In this document: piece by piece, positions 12,901 through 23,759 of the stretch
How the letters are laid out: the number at the start of each line of letters is the position of its first letter
Numbering within the stretch: the stretch's first letter is position 1
NCBI GenBank assembly: GCA_964019335.1
Contig: OZ025739.1
Location: 186,001-250,000, forward strand
Source of the DNA: Diplonema japonicum
Taxonomy: Eukaryota > Protista > Euglenozoa: Diplonemea
DNA length: 64,000 nt
Reading direction: 5' to 3'
Notes under the pieces: model-generated
Databases searched by the model: none
What the model was told of the DNA's origin: nothing
Seen by the model: the letters and a program-made list of their open reading frames with translations, nothing else
Program-made: the position numbers and the translations under genes

Positions 12901-14221
12901 TGGCAGCTGCTACGGGTGTTGCCAAAAGTGTGTGATTGGAAACGACGGGACCTGCACTGGTGTGACCCCTGTGGAGGCCTGCCCCGTTGACACCCACTAC
13001 TGCACCCAGGATGCAAAGCTGTGCCCTGACGGTTCGTTTGTCTCAAGGGACCCGAAGAACAACTGCGAGTTCCCTAAATGCCCTTCTTCCCCTGTGTGCC
13101 CTCTTGATGTCAGGGAATGTGCTGATGGCTCGTTCGTCTCGAGGGACCCGAAGAACAACTGCGAGTTCCCCGAGTGCCCTGTTGTCCACTGCACCCAGGA
13201 TGCAAAGCTGTGCCCTGACGGTTCGTTTGTCTCAAGGGACCCGAAGAACAACTGCGAGTTCCCTGAGTGCCCTACCTGCTCGAAGGGCCAGTGCAAGAAC
13301 TGTGATGGGAAGTGTGTGGAACAAATCAACTGCCTTGTGAACCCCTGCACCACACCGGCCAACGGTGGGTGTGCTGCTGACGAATTGTGTGTGGTTGATG
13401 ACTGTGGTTGCACGAAGTGCGGGTGCGAGAAGAGGGTGTGCACTGCTGATGCCTTCATCTGCCCCGACGGCAGCTCCGTCTCGAGGGACCCCGCCAACAA
13501 CTGCGAGTTCCCGAAGTGCCCCTCTTCCCCTGTGTGCCCTCTGGATGTTAGGGAATGTGCTGACGGTTCGTTCGTCTCAAGGGACCCGAAGAACAACTGC
13601 GAGTTCCCCGAGTGCCCTGTTGTCCACTGCACCCAGGATGCAAAGCTGTGCCCTGACGGTTCGTTCGTCTCGAGGGACCCGAAGAACAACTGTGAATTCC
13701 GCGAGTGCCCTACCTGCTCGAAGGGCCAGTGCAAGAACTGTGATGGGAAGTGTGTGGAACAAATCAACTGCCTTGTGAACCCCTGCACCACACCGGCCAA
13801 CGGTGGGTGTGCTGCTGACGAATTGTGTGTGGTTGATGACTGTGGTTGCACGAAGTGCGGGTGCGAGAAGAGGGTGTGCACTGCTGATGCCTTCATCTGC
13901 CCCGACGGCAGCTCCGTCTCGAGGGACCCCGCCAACAACTGTGAGTTCCCGAAGTGCCCTTCTTCCCCTGTGTGCCCTCTGGATGCGAAGCTATGCCCCA
14001 ACGGGAAGTACGTCTCGAGGAACCCGAAGAACAACTGCGAGTTCAACCCGTGCGTGGGCGATGCCTGCACAGGTTGCAACAAGTGGCTGAAGTGTGCCAG
14101 CTTGGACTGCCCCAAGGCTCCTGGCAGCTGCTACGGGTGTTGCCAAAAGTGTGTGATTGGAAACGACGGGACCTGCACTGGTGTGACCCCTGTGGAGGCC
14201 TGCCCCGTTGACACCCACTGA
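9938..14221 (+). CDS. Secreted cysteine-rich tandem-repeat protein (1427 aa)
   Basis: Signal peptide MKLLILAGLLALAEG; many CTxDAxxCPDGSxVSRDPxNNCEFPxCP modules interleaved with C..CDGKCVEQINCLVNPC modules; no TM segment. Confidence 0.92.
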   Translation: MKLLILAGLLALAEGRTLTLKRLEKPCWNEKKCRDCDGRCVREDMVACTRDPCQEDPCGDGEKCVANYCGECSACCLEPKDCDQQPKVCGDGSEIHRDPFNNCRFPECPTRVCTQEVKTCPDGSSVSRDLKKNCAFPECPVPACVPKGATFMGDHETCTRIDFICKEGFEHWFDVKCGCGCKPKEDCPKGQCPDCEGKCIDQVTCIHNPCLTDNGGCAADEECVGSCGCFKCGCKKRVCTEDAFICPDGSSVSRDPANNCEFPKCPSSPVCPLDVRECADGSFVSRDPKNNCEFPECPTCSKGQCKNCDGKCVEQINCLVNPCTTPANGGCAADELCVVDDCGCTKCGCEKRVCTADAFICPDGSSLSRDPANNCEFPKCPSSPVCPLDVRECADGSFVSRDPKNNCEFPECPVVHCTQDAKLCPDGSFVSRDPKNNCEFPECPTCSKGQCKNCDGKCVEQINCLVNPCTTPANGGCAADELCVVDDCGCTKCGCEKRVCTADAFICPDGSSVSRDPANNCEFPKCPSSPVCPLDAKLCPNGKYVSRNPKNNCEFNPCVGDACTGCNKWLKCASLDCPKAPGSCYGCCQKCVIGNDGTCTGVTPVEACPVDTHYCTQDAKLCPDGSFVSRDPKNNCEFPKCPSSPVCPLDVRECADGSFVSRDPKNNCEFPECPVVHCTQDAKLCPDGSFVSRDPKNNCEFPECPTCSKGQCKNCDGKCVEQINCLVNPCTTPANGGCAADELCVVDDCGCTKCGCEKRVCTADAFICPDGSSVSRDPANNCEFPKCPSSPVCPLDVRECADGSFVSRDPKNNCEFPECPVVHCTQDAKLCPDGSFVSRDPKNNCEFRECPTCSKGQCKNCDGKCVEQINCLVNPCTTPANGGCAADELCVVDDCGCTKCGCEKRVCTADAFICPDGSSVSRDPANNCEFPKCPSSPVCPLDAKLCPNGKYVSRNPKNNCEFNPCVGDACTGCNKWLKCASLDCPKAPGSCYGCCQKCVIGNDGTCTGVTPVEACPVDTHYCTQDAKLCPDGSFVSRDPKNNCEFPKCPSSPVCPLDVRECADGSFVSRDPKNNCEFPECPVVHCTQDAKLCPDGSFVSRDPKNNCEFPECPTCSKGQCKNCDGKCVEQINCLVNPCTTPANGGCAADELCVVDDCGCTKCGCEKRVCTADAFICPDGSSVSRDPANNCEFPKCPSSPVCPLDVRECADGSFVSRDPKNNCEFPECPVVHCTQDAKLCPDGSFVSRDPKNNCEFRECPTCSKGQCKNCDGKCVEQINCLVNPCTTPANGGCAADELCVVDDCGCTKCGCEKRVCTADAFICPDGSSVSRDPANNCEFPKCPSSPVCPLDAKLCPNGKYVSRNPKNNCEFNPCVGDACTGCNKWLKCASLDCPKAPGSCYGCCQKCVIGNDGTCTGVTPVEACPVDTH
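10640..14218 (+). repeat. Hierarchical intragenic tandem repeats: ~90-bp modules within 1221-bp higher-order units
   Basis: Alternative-frame ORFs recur identically at a 1221-nt offset (11766/12987, 12144/13365, 12733/13954). Confidence 0.92.
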
Positions 14222-14804
14222 TGCTGAAGATAACAGACATCATTTTTCTGAAAGTCTGGTTTATTTTTTTTTGTTTTTCTTCCTCTCTCTCTTGGAAAAA
14301 AAAAAAGTTGTAGGACCCATGAAGTGCGGTCTTTTATGGGGGTTTAGCCACTCAAAAGATAGTATTTTATGCAACGTAATCTTTTTATTTTTAAAACAAA
14401 AATACTGCTACTTACTTCCTCTCTCTCTCTCCTTCGATTGCATTCCAGGTTGTGTTTTCTCTTCCCCATTCCTACCTTTATTTTTTTTTTTAAACCAGTA
14501 AGTTGTTTAGCCTCTTGTGCTCTGTTTTTACTTTCTCTTTAGAAAAAAGATGGATTGACAGCCCTACAAAATTTCTTTCTCTCTTTACAAAAATTTCCTT
14601 GTTAGGGCAAGAGTGTTGAACAAATCACTTGCTTGGTTTTTTATTTTGCTTTTTTAAACACAACTTATGAAATCAATGACAGAATTTCTTTCTTAACTTT
14701 TTCTTCCTCTTTTTTCTGCAGTAGCTTCACCCTTTACTACTACTCTCGGATGCTGGATGGTCTGGCCTGAAATCTACTAGAAAGGTATTGAGCTGCTGTT
14801 ATAT

Positions 14805-14841
<37 letters not shown>

Positions 14842-15040
14842 AAGGATGGGGTGTACTCGTCATGTCTCTGAGGTGTTCCCTGGAAAGTTGAGCCCAAGGG
14901 TTTTATTTACTATAAATTGAAATTTTGTCGAAGTTTGCTCTTTTTCGAGATTTGGGCCACAAGATAAAATTCTGGGAAGAACATCAGAGATATCTAGGAT
15001 TACACCAATTTCATAAGAAAGAAATAATATTTTTGTTCTC

Positions 15041-15094
15041 GTTTAAAAAAAAAGGAAAAAGATCTTAACCCTGAGTCCTCGGGCAATCTTTTTT
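15041..15094. repeat. Imperfect hairpin motif, copy 1
   Basis: AAAAGATCTTAACCCTGAGTCCTCGGGCAATCTTTT; a similar copy is at 17118-17170. Confidence 0.6.
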
Positions 15095-17117
15095 CAAATA
15101 AAAAAATAAGAAGAAGAAAGTTTATTCTACTTCAGCACTTGTTTTTTTTTTTTTTTTTATTTCCCCCTCTCTTCTTTTTTTGATTTCCCCCTGTCCCGCA
15201 CCCAACACTCTGTTATTTCTATTTTCTTTTTGCAGTGAGCACCTCCCCCCAAAAAAAAAAATACAAAGGGGATGAAGAGTTGAATTGCTGTAGAACTGAT
15301 CAAAAACGACCATGTCAAAATGGGTTGTGCACAGGGGGGTGTAGATTGAGCATCTTGGGACAAAAAAGGCAGCATCAAGACCCCTCAGATGTCTCAGACC
15401 GAGAGAAGTGCCTTTTTGCTGGTGGAATATCGGCCTCGAAATCGTCAAGAAGCCTTTTTGGGGTGACGGTTAAGCAAAACACGAGTTGAGTACACTATTC
15501 TTGGGTTTGCAACATCCAAGACACCTTGTTGTCTTTTCACCTTCGGAGGGCACAACACCGACCCCCCCTTTTTGGAAGGGATTGAGTAATCAGCCGAGAT
15601 GTGTGGGCAGCATCCTAAAACACTCAGCTTTGGGGGGGCAAGTGACGGTGTGGAACTGGGTTGTTCCTGTGTGGGGATCGGAGGCGCAGTGTGCTGTGCT
15701 GATGTTCTGTCCTGGTTAGTCCAATGTGCTCAGTGCCCATCATGAAGAACGGACACGGAACACCAGACAGGAACGAGTGGGGAGGCTCCAGGTTAGCCTT
15801 ACTGTGAACAAACCAGCGTGTCCAAAGCAGGCGTATGTCTTGAATGATTAAGCATGGAATAACAAGGGATCGATTCTCTCGGTTCTTTTTGTTGGTTTTT
15901 AACGCCAACCAGTTCGGCAGCAAATACGCCAAGCTGTTGAAAGCACTGGAACAACTCCGGACCTGCGAAGGGACAAGGGTGTCATTTATGTACTCGTAAA
16001 CAGTTTTAGCTGACTGTCAACAGCACTGGAACAACTCGAAGCCCGTAGGCAACGGAAGAACACGCAAGCCCAAACCTGAAAGGGCAAGCCAGGCCACGCA
16101 GACGATCTCACGAAGCCGGCTGACTGCACCAAAAAACAGGCGGACTACCACACGGGGCAAGCAGTCTGCAACAAGAAGTCTGCGCCACGGGACAAGTAGG
16201 CCCCAGTCCCCAAAGACACCCCAGCTGCCACACGGAACCCCGAAGAACAAGCAGACTAACCACACGACGGGACAAGCGGGCCCTAGTCTCTAGAAAGACT
16301 CCAGCTGCAGCCGAACCCCAGCAACAACCAAGGAGGGAAATATACTGCCCACTGTCTCGCTGGACGACAACGGGGAGGTACAGATCTCAGAGAGAAGCAC
16401 GAAACTGGACAACCCTCAGTTGGAAGGAACTGGCAGCCGCAACGAGACCGAAACAAACCTGGGAAGGAACAACCCACAACGGAAGGAGCGAGGGCAACCC
16501 CGCATCCGAGACCGACCCCCGACACCTCGGACTACAACACGCAGCAGAAGGAACCAAGCGACCCCATACCCTCTAGCACCTGTACCCGCAAAGGCCCAAG
16601 GGCAGATGCCACCTTGAAGTCCTCATAAACTTCACGATTTTGTCACAAGCTTGTAGGTGTTGGATGGCGAAGAGGAAAAAAAGGACAACGAGGAAGCAAA
16701 CGACAAACCCAACACTACCCAACACTGAATCCAACGCTGACCTCACACCTTCGGCAAAGCAGTCCATGTCACGAAGTACATGTACTGGTGGGTCGACACG
16801 TCAGGCAATCCTTGAACACTAATGTGATCTAAACTAGCTTTCAAGAAAAGTATCTCCTCTAAAATGGAGTAGAATAGGTCGCTCCGGCCGTAGGCCGTGG
16901 TAAATACAAGGGTTCGTGTGAGTGAAAATCCAACATGCCAAATAGGGCCAAGATTTTTAGGCGAAAATTCACACCCTTTTCCTCTTTTTTTTCTGTCGTC
17001 CTCCAGTGGGATTGTCTTTTACTACAAGTTTTTTTTCTCTCTTTAACTATTATTCGTCTGAGATACTATTCGTCTAAAAAAAAAAAAAAAAAAAATGCCA
17101 TTTTTTTTTTCATTCTT

Positions 17118-17170
17118 GTTTAAAAAACGGGAAAAGATCTTGACCCCCGAGTCCTCGGGTTATCTTTTTT
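17118..17170. repeat. Imperfect hairpin motif, copy 2
   Basis: AAAAGATCTTGACCCCCGAGTCCTCGGGTTATCTTTT, in direct orientation with copy 1. Confidence 0.6.
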
Positions 17171-17386
17171 CTTCCTTTTCTTCCGATTTCCCCCTCGCGC
17201 CCGGAATGCTACGTAAAACACATTTTATACAACAGGGGCAGCAAGACCTTTGGTCGGGTCTAGGTGAGCAACGACACCACCCCTTTAAGCGAGTCCTTTC
17301 TGCTGCTGGAGCGTGAACCTTGACGTTAAAAAGATCAATTTTTTATTTTTTATTTTTCTTATTTCTTTTTTTAATTCTTTTTCTGT

Positions 17387-17418
<32 letters not shown>

Positions 17419-17502
17419 GTGGGAGAGGGGGGGGTGGCGGAGGAGGAGGAAAGGGCGGGGGGCGGGTGAACAAAAAAAAAAAATCAAGAAAAGAAAAAAA
17501 AA

Positions 17503-19231
17503 ATGGCGAACAATCACTGCCATGATGAAGAAAACCCCGGTTCCGGTGACCAGGGCATCATCTCCGTAAGACGGCGCATGAACGCACTGGTTATAAATCT
17601 ACTGATTGTAGGAAGCTATCTAGTCGTTGGTGGAGCAGTAATATCCGCCATCGAGCTCCCAGGTGAAGAAGACAGAAGAAAAAAAATGTGGGTAAGCATG
17701 CAAACAATGTACATTTCCAACGGCCAGACCTTAGGAGGCTCCAGCCCCGAGGCGGTAAACTTTCGACAACAAATGTCGGACAACCTAGGATGTTCTGTAC
17801 GAGAAATGTCCCACGACTACGATTTCGATTTCACAGGATCAATATTCTTCGCCTTAACGGTCGTTTCTACCATCGGTTACGGAAACTTCACACCGGTTAC
17901 GGTTGGAGGGCAGATATTCGTTGTCATGTACTCTGTTTTGGGGATCTCGTTGATCCTGAATTTCATGTTTCAAGCATCGTACTTATGGCTCATGATCGTA
18001 AAAGGGTTGGGGCAGCGATTCTGCAAAATTAACATAGCAAGACCGCGGGGTGTTGTGGCGAACATCTCCTTCGATTCCTGCAACGAATCCGGATCCGGTG
18101 AAATCGATGCCAAAGAACTACGCGCCACTCTTCAAACCCTATCCGGTATCGACGCTCGCTTGGATGAATCTATTATCGCATACTGCTTCATGAAGGCCGA
18201 CCCGAACAGAACAGGCCGACTCGACAGGGACGGGTTTCTCAATGCCGTATCTGTTTTTCTTCAAATCTGGCCAACGATCCCCAAAGGAGCTGACATCCGT
18301 GTCATGCTGGCATCGTTTTTCGTCATAACCCTATGGACATTTATTTGGGGTTCCGCAGTCGGTTCGGAAGAAGGCTGGAACATGAGAGAATCTCTTTGGT
18401 TTGGGTTTGTCTCGCTGACCACAATTGGTTTCGGAGATTATTCACCCGAGTCCCATATGGGCCGTATTCAAGCTTTTATGTTTATCTTTGTTGGCCTAGG
18501 CATGGTTGCTTGGCTAATATCCTCCGTAACAGAGGTCTGGTCGAAAAAAACATTTTGGAAATTCCAGCGTTGGTACGAGGAAGGGGTGGTTTCCGAAAAA
18601 TGGATGGACATTAGAGGGTACACTTTTAAATCCCCGCTCGGTACGCCTTCTCGAATGAAGATCGGACCGTTTGTCTCGAAAAAACCTCCTCGGCTCGCCA
18701 CCCTCACTCATGATTACGCGAAAACGATTAACTCGGAGAAGCCTGGCCCCAAGCGGGACGTTAAGGAAAAGCCTGCCCCGTCTCCTTTATCCTCGAAGAA
18801 GAAATCATTCAAGAAAGAGAAGGAGAGGGAGAAGGAGAAGCCGAAACAAAAAACCGAAGAATCTTCGATAGAAATGGATCTGGACATCAGTACGGAGAAA
18901 GGATTGGAGTACCAAGAACTTAAGGAGGAACCGGAGAAAAAACAGCCGAGTAGCAAAAAAAAATCGAATGCGAGGAAGGAGAGCATAGCAGCAGAGGTAC
19001 TGTTCTAAAGGGGAAAAAAAAAAAAAAAAAAAAAAAAAAAACAGAATTCTCAACCACCGAGTTCTCCCACCAAGGCAGCACCCGCAAAAAAAACTGTTAA
19101 AAAAACAGGGCGGAAGGTATATTTGAAGGGAGGGGAGTGGGAAAAAAAAAAAAAAAAAAAATCACCCACAGCAATCGGCGGCAGAGGTGCCTCTAGTAAG
19201 TTCACCAGTCGGGTCAACCCCAGATGTTTGA
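17503..19231 (+). CDS. Two-pore-domain potassium channel (K2P/TPK-like) with EF-hands; probable introns 18997-19044 and 19117-19171
   Basis: Two pore loops, STIGYGN and TTIGFGD, with 4 TM segments. EF-hand-like loops (NESGSGEIDAKEL, DPNRTGRLDRDGF) lie between the pores. A-rich GT-AG introns extend the frame to TGA 19229-19231. Confidence 0.9.
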
Positions 19232-20556
19232 TGGTGAAAGGGAGGGCTTGGGAGGTCTTTTAGAAAGAGTGTTTTCGGTCAAAAAAAAAAAAATAAAAAT
19301 AAAAAAAAAGCTCATTTGCCCTTTTGCCAGGGACAGTTACTAATGGTGACCACCAGTCTTGGCCGAATGAGCAAAAATCACAAGGATTGATTACCATGCT
19401 GTTACTCTCTGTTCTTTTTTTTTTTTCTTCTCTTTTTTTTTTTCTTGTGTGTCAGCCTGGTGAAAACTCCCAATGGAAAAAAGGTGGGTTGTCCTGTGGG
19501 GAAGGAATCTTTGTCACATATGTCCATCCGTGGTCTGTTCAGTTCAATTTTTTTCTCTCTCTTTTTTTTCCTATTTCATTTGATGAACCGCTCCCTAATT
19601 TTTTTTCCACTTCCCACTTGTATAAAAAAGAAACTTTTTGTCCTGCGATTCCCCCCCCCCCCCCCCCCCGAGTTGAAAAGAGCTAACAAAAAAGAAAAGA
19701 AAAAAAAAGAAAAATAAATTTCACCTCCCCCTTCATTTTTTATTTTTACAAGCTCCCCCCCCTATAACATTGCTTATCCTTCTTGACTGAATTGTTATTT
19801 TTTTATTATTTTTTTTTTCCTTTTAATTTTTTTTTGTGTTTTTTTTTTTACTAGTGAAGCCCAGAAGAACTCTGCTAGGGTCCTTCTTCCCTCTTTTTTT
19901 TTCACACCCGCTTCATTAATCCTAGTTATGTGCTGATTGTGTTCTCTGCTCCTGGGTAGAAATTTTCATATTTTTCCCTATCGGGGGGGGGGGGGGGGGG
20001 GGGTATGAACACTACTTTTACTTGGCGGCTGGTACATTCCTCCCCTCTTCTTCTCCATAGATGTAGTTTGTTGAATTCTTACGAACTGTTTTTTTTTTTT
20101 TTTTTTTTTTTTTTCCCAGAGAAAAAAAAGGAGAGGGATTGTTATTGGTTTGATCATCTTGTTTTTTATTTTTATTCCCCCCGCCCTTTGCACCAACCAA
20201 AGAAAAATGGGAAGGGGTGAGAGCAGGTAAAAAAATGGGGGGGGGGTGCATTCCATTACTCGTCAGCTTGTTCCCGACGACAAAAATAAATGAAAAATTA
20301 TAAGTGAAGAGGAGAACAAAAGATTAAGGGAAGAAGAAGGAAAAAAAAAGAAGCTTATGGCTGGGGACCTCTTCACAAAAACCCACCGGATTCTTTCGTT
20401 TTTCCATTCCCGTTTTCCTATATTTCAAAAAGAAAAAAGTACACGCAATGTTGTTTTTTTTTTTTTTTTTTTTTTCCCAAACAACAACACACAAAAAAAA
20501 AAAGGCAAAACAACACACACACACACACACACAAAAAAAAAAAGGGAAATGTTGCA

Positions 20557-22962
20557 ATGAGTAGCCTTGCGATTCCTGTTGAAAGGACGCCGTCACAAGG
20601 GCTGGCGTCACCAAGGGTCTCGTTTACAATAGATGCAAAAGTGCAGGAGAACATAACGCACATCGATTTGGGGGAGATGCGGGCTCAATCTTACGCGGTT
20701 TTGGGAAGCTGTGTCATGACCTTCATCGTCGGCCTGCTAACCCCCTTCATCCTAGTCGAAGAGGACAACGGGAAACATTTCACATGCAGTCCAATTCTTT
20801 GCTTCCCAGAAGGAAAAAGTTCTTATGACGTATTGGGATCGGGCACACCAGCATCAAGTGTTTGCATCGCATGCGCCTGCTTCACAATATTCGGAACATT
20901 TACGTCATTAGTAAGAATGGGCCTTCTCCTCGGAAAGTCAAGAGAGCGAGCAAGCGCGACATTGCTAGGAATTCCCATTCTCACCCTCATATGCCTGACC
21001 TCGTTAGGAAGTGGTGTCACCGGCTCAGCAATGAGCGGGATAAAGGGAAAACACTCCACATCGGTTTCGATAACCTCCGGGATACTTATTATGTACATTC
21101 CGTTGGTTGTTTGGACGCCGGTTTTAATATACAAATTAATAAAACGGAAAAAACGGCGAAAAACAGAACCGTTAAACAGCGTTGTTCTAGGAGACAGCTA
21201 CAGCCTCGGCCACGAGGCTGGGATGTCCCCTAGAACAAATGAAACAAGCGACGCAAATGGTTCGTCCGATGAAGGCAATGACGGAATCGGAGGGGTCGTT
21301 CAAGGTCCATGCCCGCCCACCCCGCCAAGAGGCAATCCTCATACTATGAAAAGCCCGCATTCTATGTCATCGGTATTCGATGCCGACGGCCGTGATTCTT
21401 CATTTGCTCTTACAATGCGGACGGGTTCAATTTCAACACATAGAAGACGGTCAACACATGTCGCCGAACGAGACCGGCAAATCGACGATGATGAAGACCG
21501 CCCTGCTCATCTTCTTTTTCTCGACATGCACCCCGGCCATCTTGACGATGACAAAACTATCCTCCCCGAGGGTGTTGCGTTGAGCCGAAAGGAAAATTCA
21601 TGTATTAACCTAAAAGAACGTTCTGGTTCCCCCACAGGGTCTGTTGTGCGAACCTCGTCGGACGCTTCAGAATCAACAGTTTCATTCAGATCGTCTTCTC
21701 CAAAGGGAAGCCCCCGGAACAGTACGGTTCCGGTTCCGTTGGTTGAAATGCGGCGGCAATCCGTCAGATCGTTCAGGTCGTTTCGATCATTGGAGTCGGA
21801 GCTCCCCCGACACGCTAGTTTCAACACGTTGAAATCGTTTCAAAGTAAAATTGAAGATGAAGGATCCGTCATTTCCGGTGTTTTAGAATCTCGGCATGTA
21901 GTCGACACACGTGTTATCTACAAGAACACAACCGCAGACGGGACAACCACTCTGAACGACTACGAGGTTTTGCGAGAACTTGGTTCAGGAGCGTATTCTA
22001 AAGTCCGGCTTTGCAAAAACAGAAAAACCGGCGAGTTTCGAGCGATGAAAATCGTCAAGAAGAGTCTGATGAAGCACCTCGGGAGGTTGGGAGGCCGCGG
22101 GGGTTTGATATCGACCGCTCTCCACAAAGTCAAACAGGAAATCGCAATTCTCAAAAAAGCGAGGCACAGAAACATCGTCACCCTCTTCGAGGTCATGGAT
22201 TACACCGATTCCGATAAATTAATTATGGTCCTCGAGTACGTACCCCGAGGTCCCGTTGGTACTGTTGATCCATCCACAGGAAAACTCCTTTCCGACCCAC
22301 TACCAGAACCGGCTTTGCAAACCGTTCTCAAAGGGGTTGTAAAGGGTTTACGATACCTCCATGGTTGTAAAATCCTCCACAGGGATATCAAACCTGAAAA
22401 TATTCTGATTTCCGGCGACGGGACTGCAAAAATAACAGATTTCGGGGTTTCACATGTGTGGCAAACCCGAGGATCCGACGTCATAAATAGAACGGAAGGA
22501 ACACCAGCATACTTCCCACCTGAATCGCTGTCAGGCGGAGAATATAAAGGAATTCCAGCAGAAGTGTGGACATTAGGGGTTACTTGTTATGTATTATTAA
22601 CAGGGGTGCTTCCGTTTCATCACCATACCCTGTCTGGGCTCAGCGGGTTGATCAAAAGCACGCATGTTGCAATGAAGGGTTTTTCGCCTGAATGCACCGA
22701 TATTGTTTTGAGAATGCTGCACAAGGATCCGCGGTGGAGGCCTACGCTGCGAGAGGTGTACTATTCACAGTATCTTCTGTTGGTTCCGCCTGTTGCTTCT
22801 GCTGCTACTTCTCCTACTTTTCCTGGTGAGCCTGCCGTCTCAGTGTGTTCATCAAGGAGGACTAGTAATGCGTCTTCTGCCTCTTCTGCTTATGAGATTG
22901 CTATATCCGAGACAGAAATTGATCAGGCAATTTCGCTTTGCAGTGCTGTGAACTTGTCGTGA
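20557..22962 (+). CDS. Ser/Thr kinase, CAMKK-like, with an N-terminal multi-pass membrane domain
   Basis: LGSGAYSKV, AMK, HRDIKPEN, DFGVS, TEGTPAYFPPE; four hydrophobic segments in the first ~195 aa. Confidence 0.9.
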   Translation: MSSLAIPVERTPSQGLASPRVSFTIDAKVQENITHIDLGEMRAQSYAVLGSCVMTFIVGLLTPFILVEEDNGKHFTCSPILCFPEGKSSYDVLGSGTPASSVCIACACFTIFGTFTSLVRMGLLLGKSRERASATLLGIPILTLICLTSLGSGVTGSAMSGIKGKHSTSVSITSGILIMYIPLVVWTPVLIYKLIKRKKRRKTEPLNSVVLGDSYSLGHEAGMSPRTNETSDANGSSDEGNDGIGGVVQGPCPPTPPRGNPHTMKSPHSMSSVFDADGRDSSFALTMRTGSISTHRRRSTHVAERDRQIDDDEDRPAHLLFLDMHPGHLDDDKTILPEGVALSRKENSCINLKERSGSPTGSVVRTSSDASESTVSFRSSSPKGSPRNSTVPVPLVEMRRQSVRSFRSFRSLESELPRHASFNTLKSFQSKIEDEGSVISGVLESRHVVDTRVIYKNTTADGTTTLNDYEVLRELGSGAYSKVRLCKNRKTGEFRAMKIVKKSLMKHLGRLGGRGGLISTALHKVKQEIAILKKARHRNIVTLFEVMDYTDSDKLIMVLEYVPRGPVGTVDPSTGKLLSDPLPEPALQTVLKGVVKGLRYLHGCKILHRDIKPENILISGDGTAKITDFGVSHVWQTRGSDVINRTEGTPAYFPPESLSGGEYKGIPAEVWTLGVTCYVLLTGVLPFHHHTLSGLSGLIKSTHVAMKGFSPECTDIVLRMLHKDPRWRPTLREVYYSQYLLLVPPVASAATSPTFPGEPAVSVCSSRRTSNASSASSAYEIAISETEIDQAISLCSAVNLS

Positions 22963-23244
22963 GATAGGGGAAAAAAAAAAAAAAAAAAAAAAAAAAACCA
23001 GGATGCAAAAAAATTTTTGACATCGGTTTGCTTTTCCCCCCCCCTTTTTTTTTCTTTATTTGCGTGAAATTTTTTTTTTTTCCCCCTTTTCCCCCCTCCC
23101 TTCCTCCGTTCATCAAGAACAACAGGAAAAAAAAAAAAAAAAAAAAAAAAAAAGCCCATGTTATCTCCTTTCTCCCCCATTCCCCCTGCTGCGGGTGCTT
23201 TTTTTTTTTTTTTTTATTCTCTTTTTTTTTTTTTTTTCCTTCTT

Positions 23245-23291
<47 letters not shown>

Positions 23292-23639
23292 TCCCAACAA
23301 GATAGAGGGATGGGATGGGATTAAGAAGAAAAAAAAAAAGAAAGGAGAAAAAAAAAAAAGATAAGGAAACAAAAAAAAGTTTAAAAAAAAAAAAGCAGTT
23401 TGTTTCTTCTTTCTCTTTTGGGGGCAAAGCGGTGGTGAGAAAAGAGGGAGAACGCAGGGGGGTTGGAGATTTAAAAATCTTCTGACTTGAAGAAGTGTGT
23501 TTTAAAAAAAAAAAGAAAGTGAATGCCTTTAGATTGTCTTTTAAATTTTTTTTAAAAAAAAGTTAATTCGTCATGTGTTTCTTAGTTGAATTTAGTTATC
23601 CCTCTCAATCTCCTTTCCCCTGCCTTTTGCCAGCAAAAA

Positions 23640-23672
<33 letters not shown>

Positions 23673-23759
23673 TAACAAACAAAAAAAAGAGGTTTTTATT
23701 TTCTTCTTCTTCTTCGCGACTCGACATGGTGTGTGGCTTTTTTTTTTTTTTTTTTTTTC

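Noticed and set aside
10640-14218. CRISPR-like regular repeats
   Set aside because: The repeats are in-frame coding modules with no unique spacers; eukaryotic context and no cas genes.
9947-14243. Long antisense and alternative-frame ORFs over the Cys-rich gene
   Set aside because: Shadows of repetitive, codon-biased coding sequence.
15720-15995. Faint reverse-transcriptase-like peptides (VPIMKNG...)
   Set aside because: Multiple stops and no YxDD or other diagnostic motif; too weak to call.
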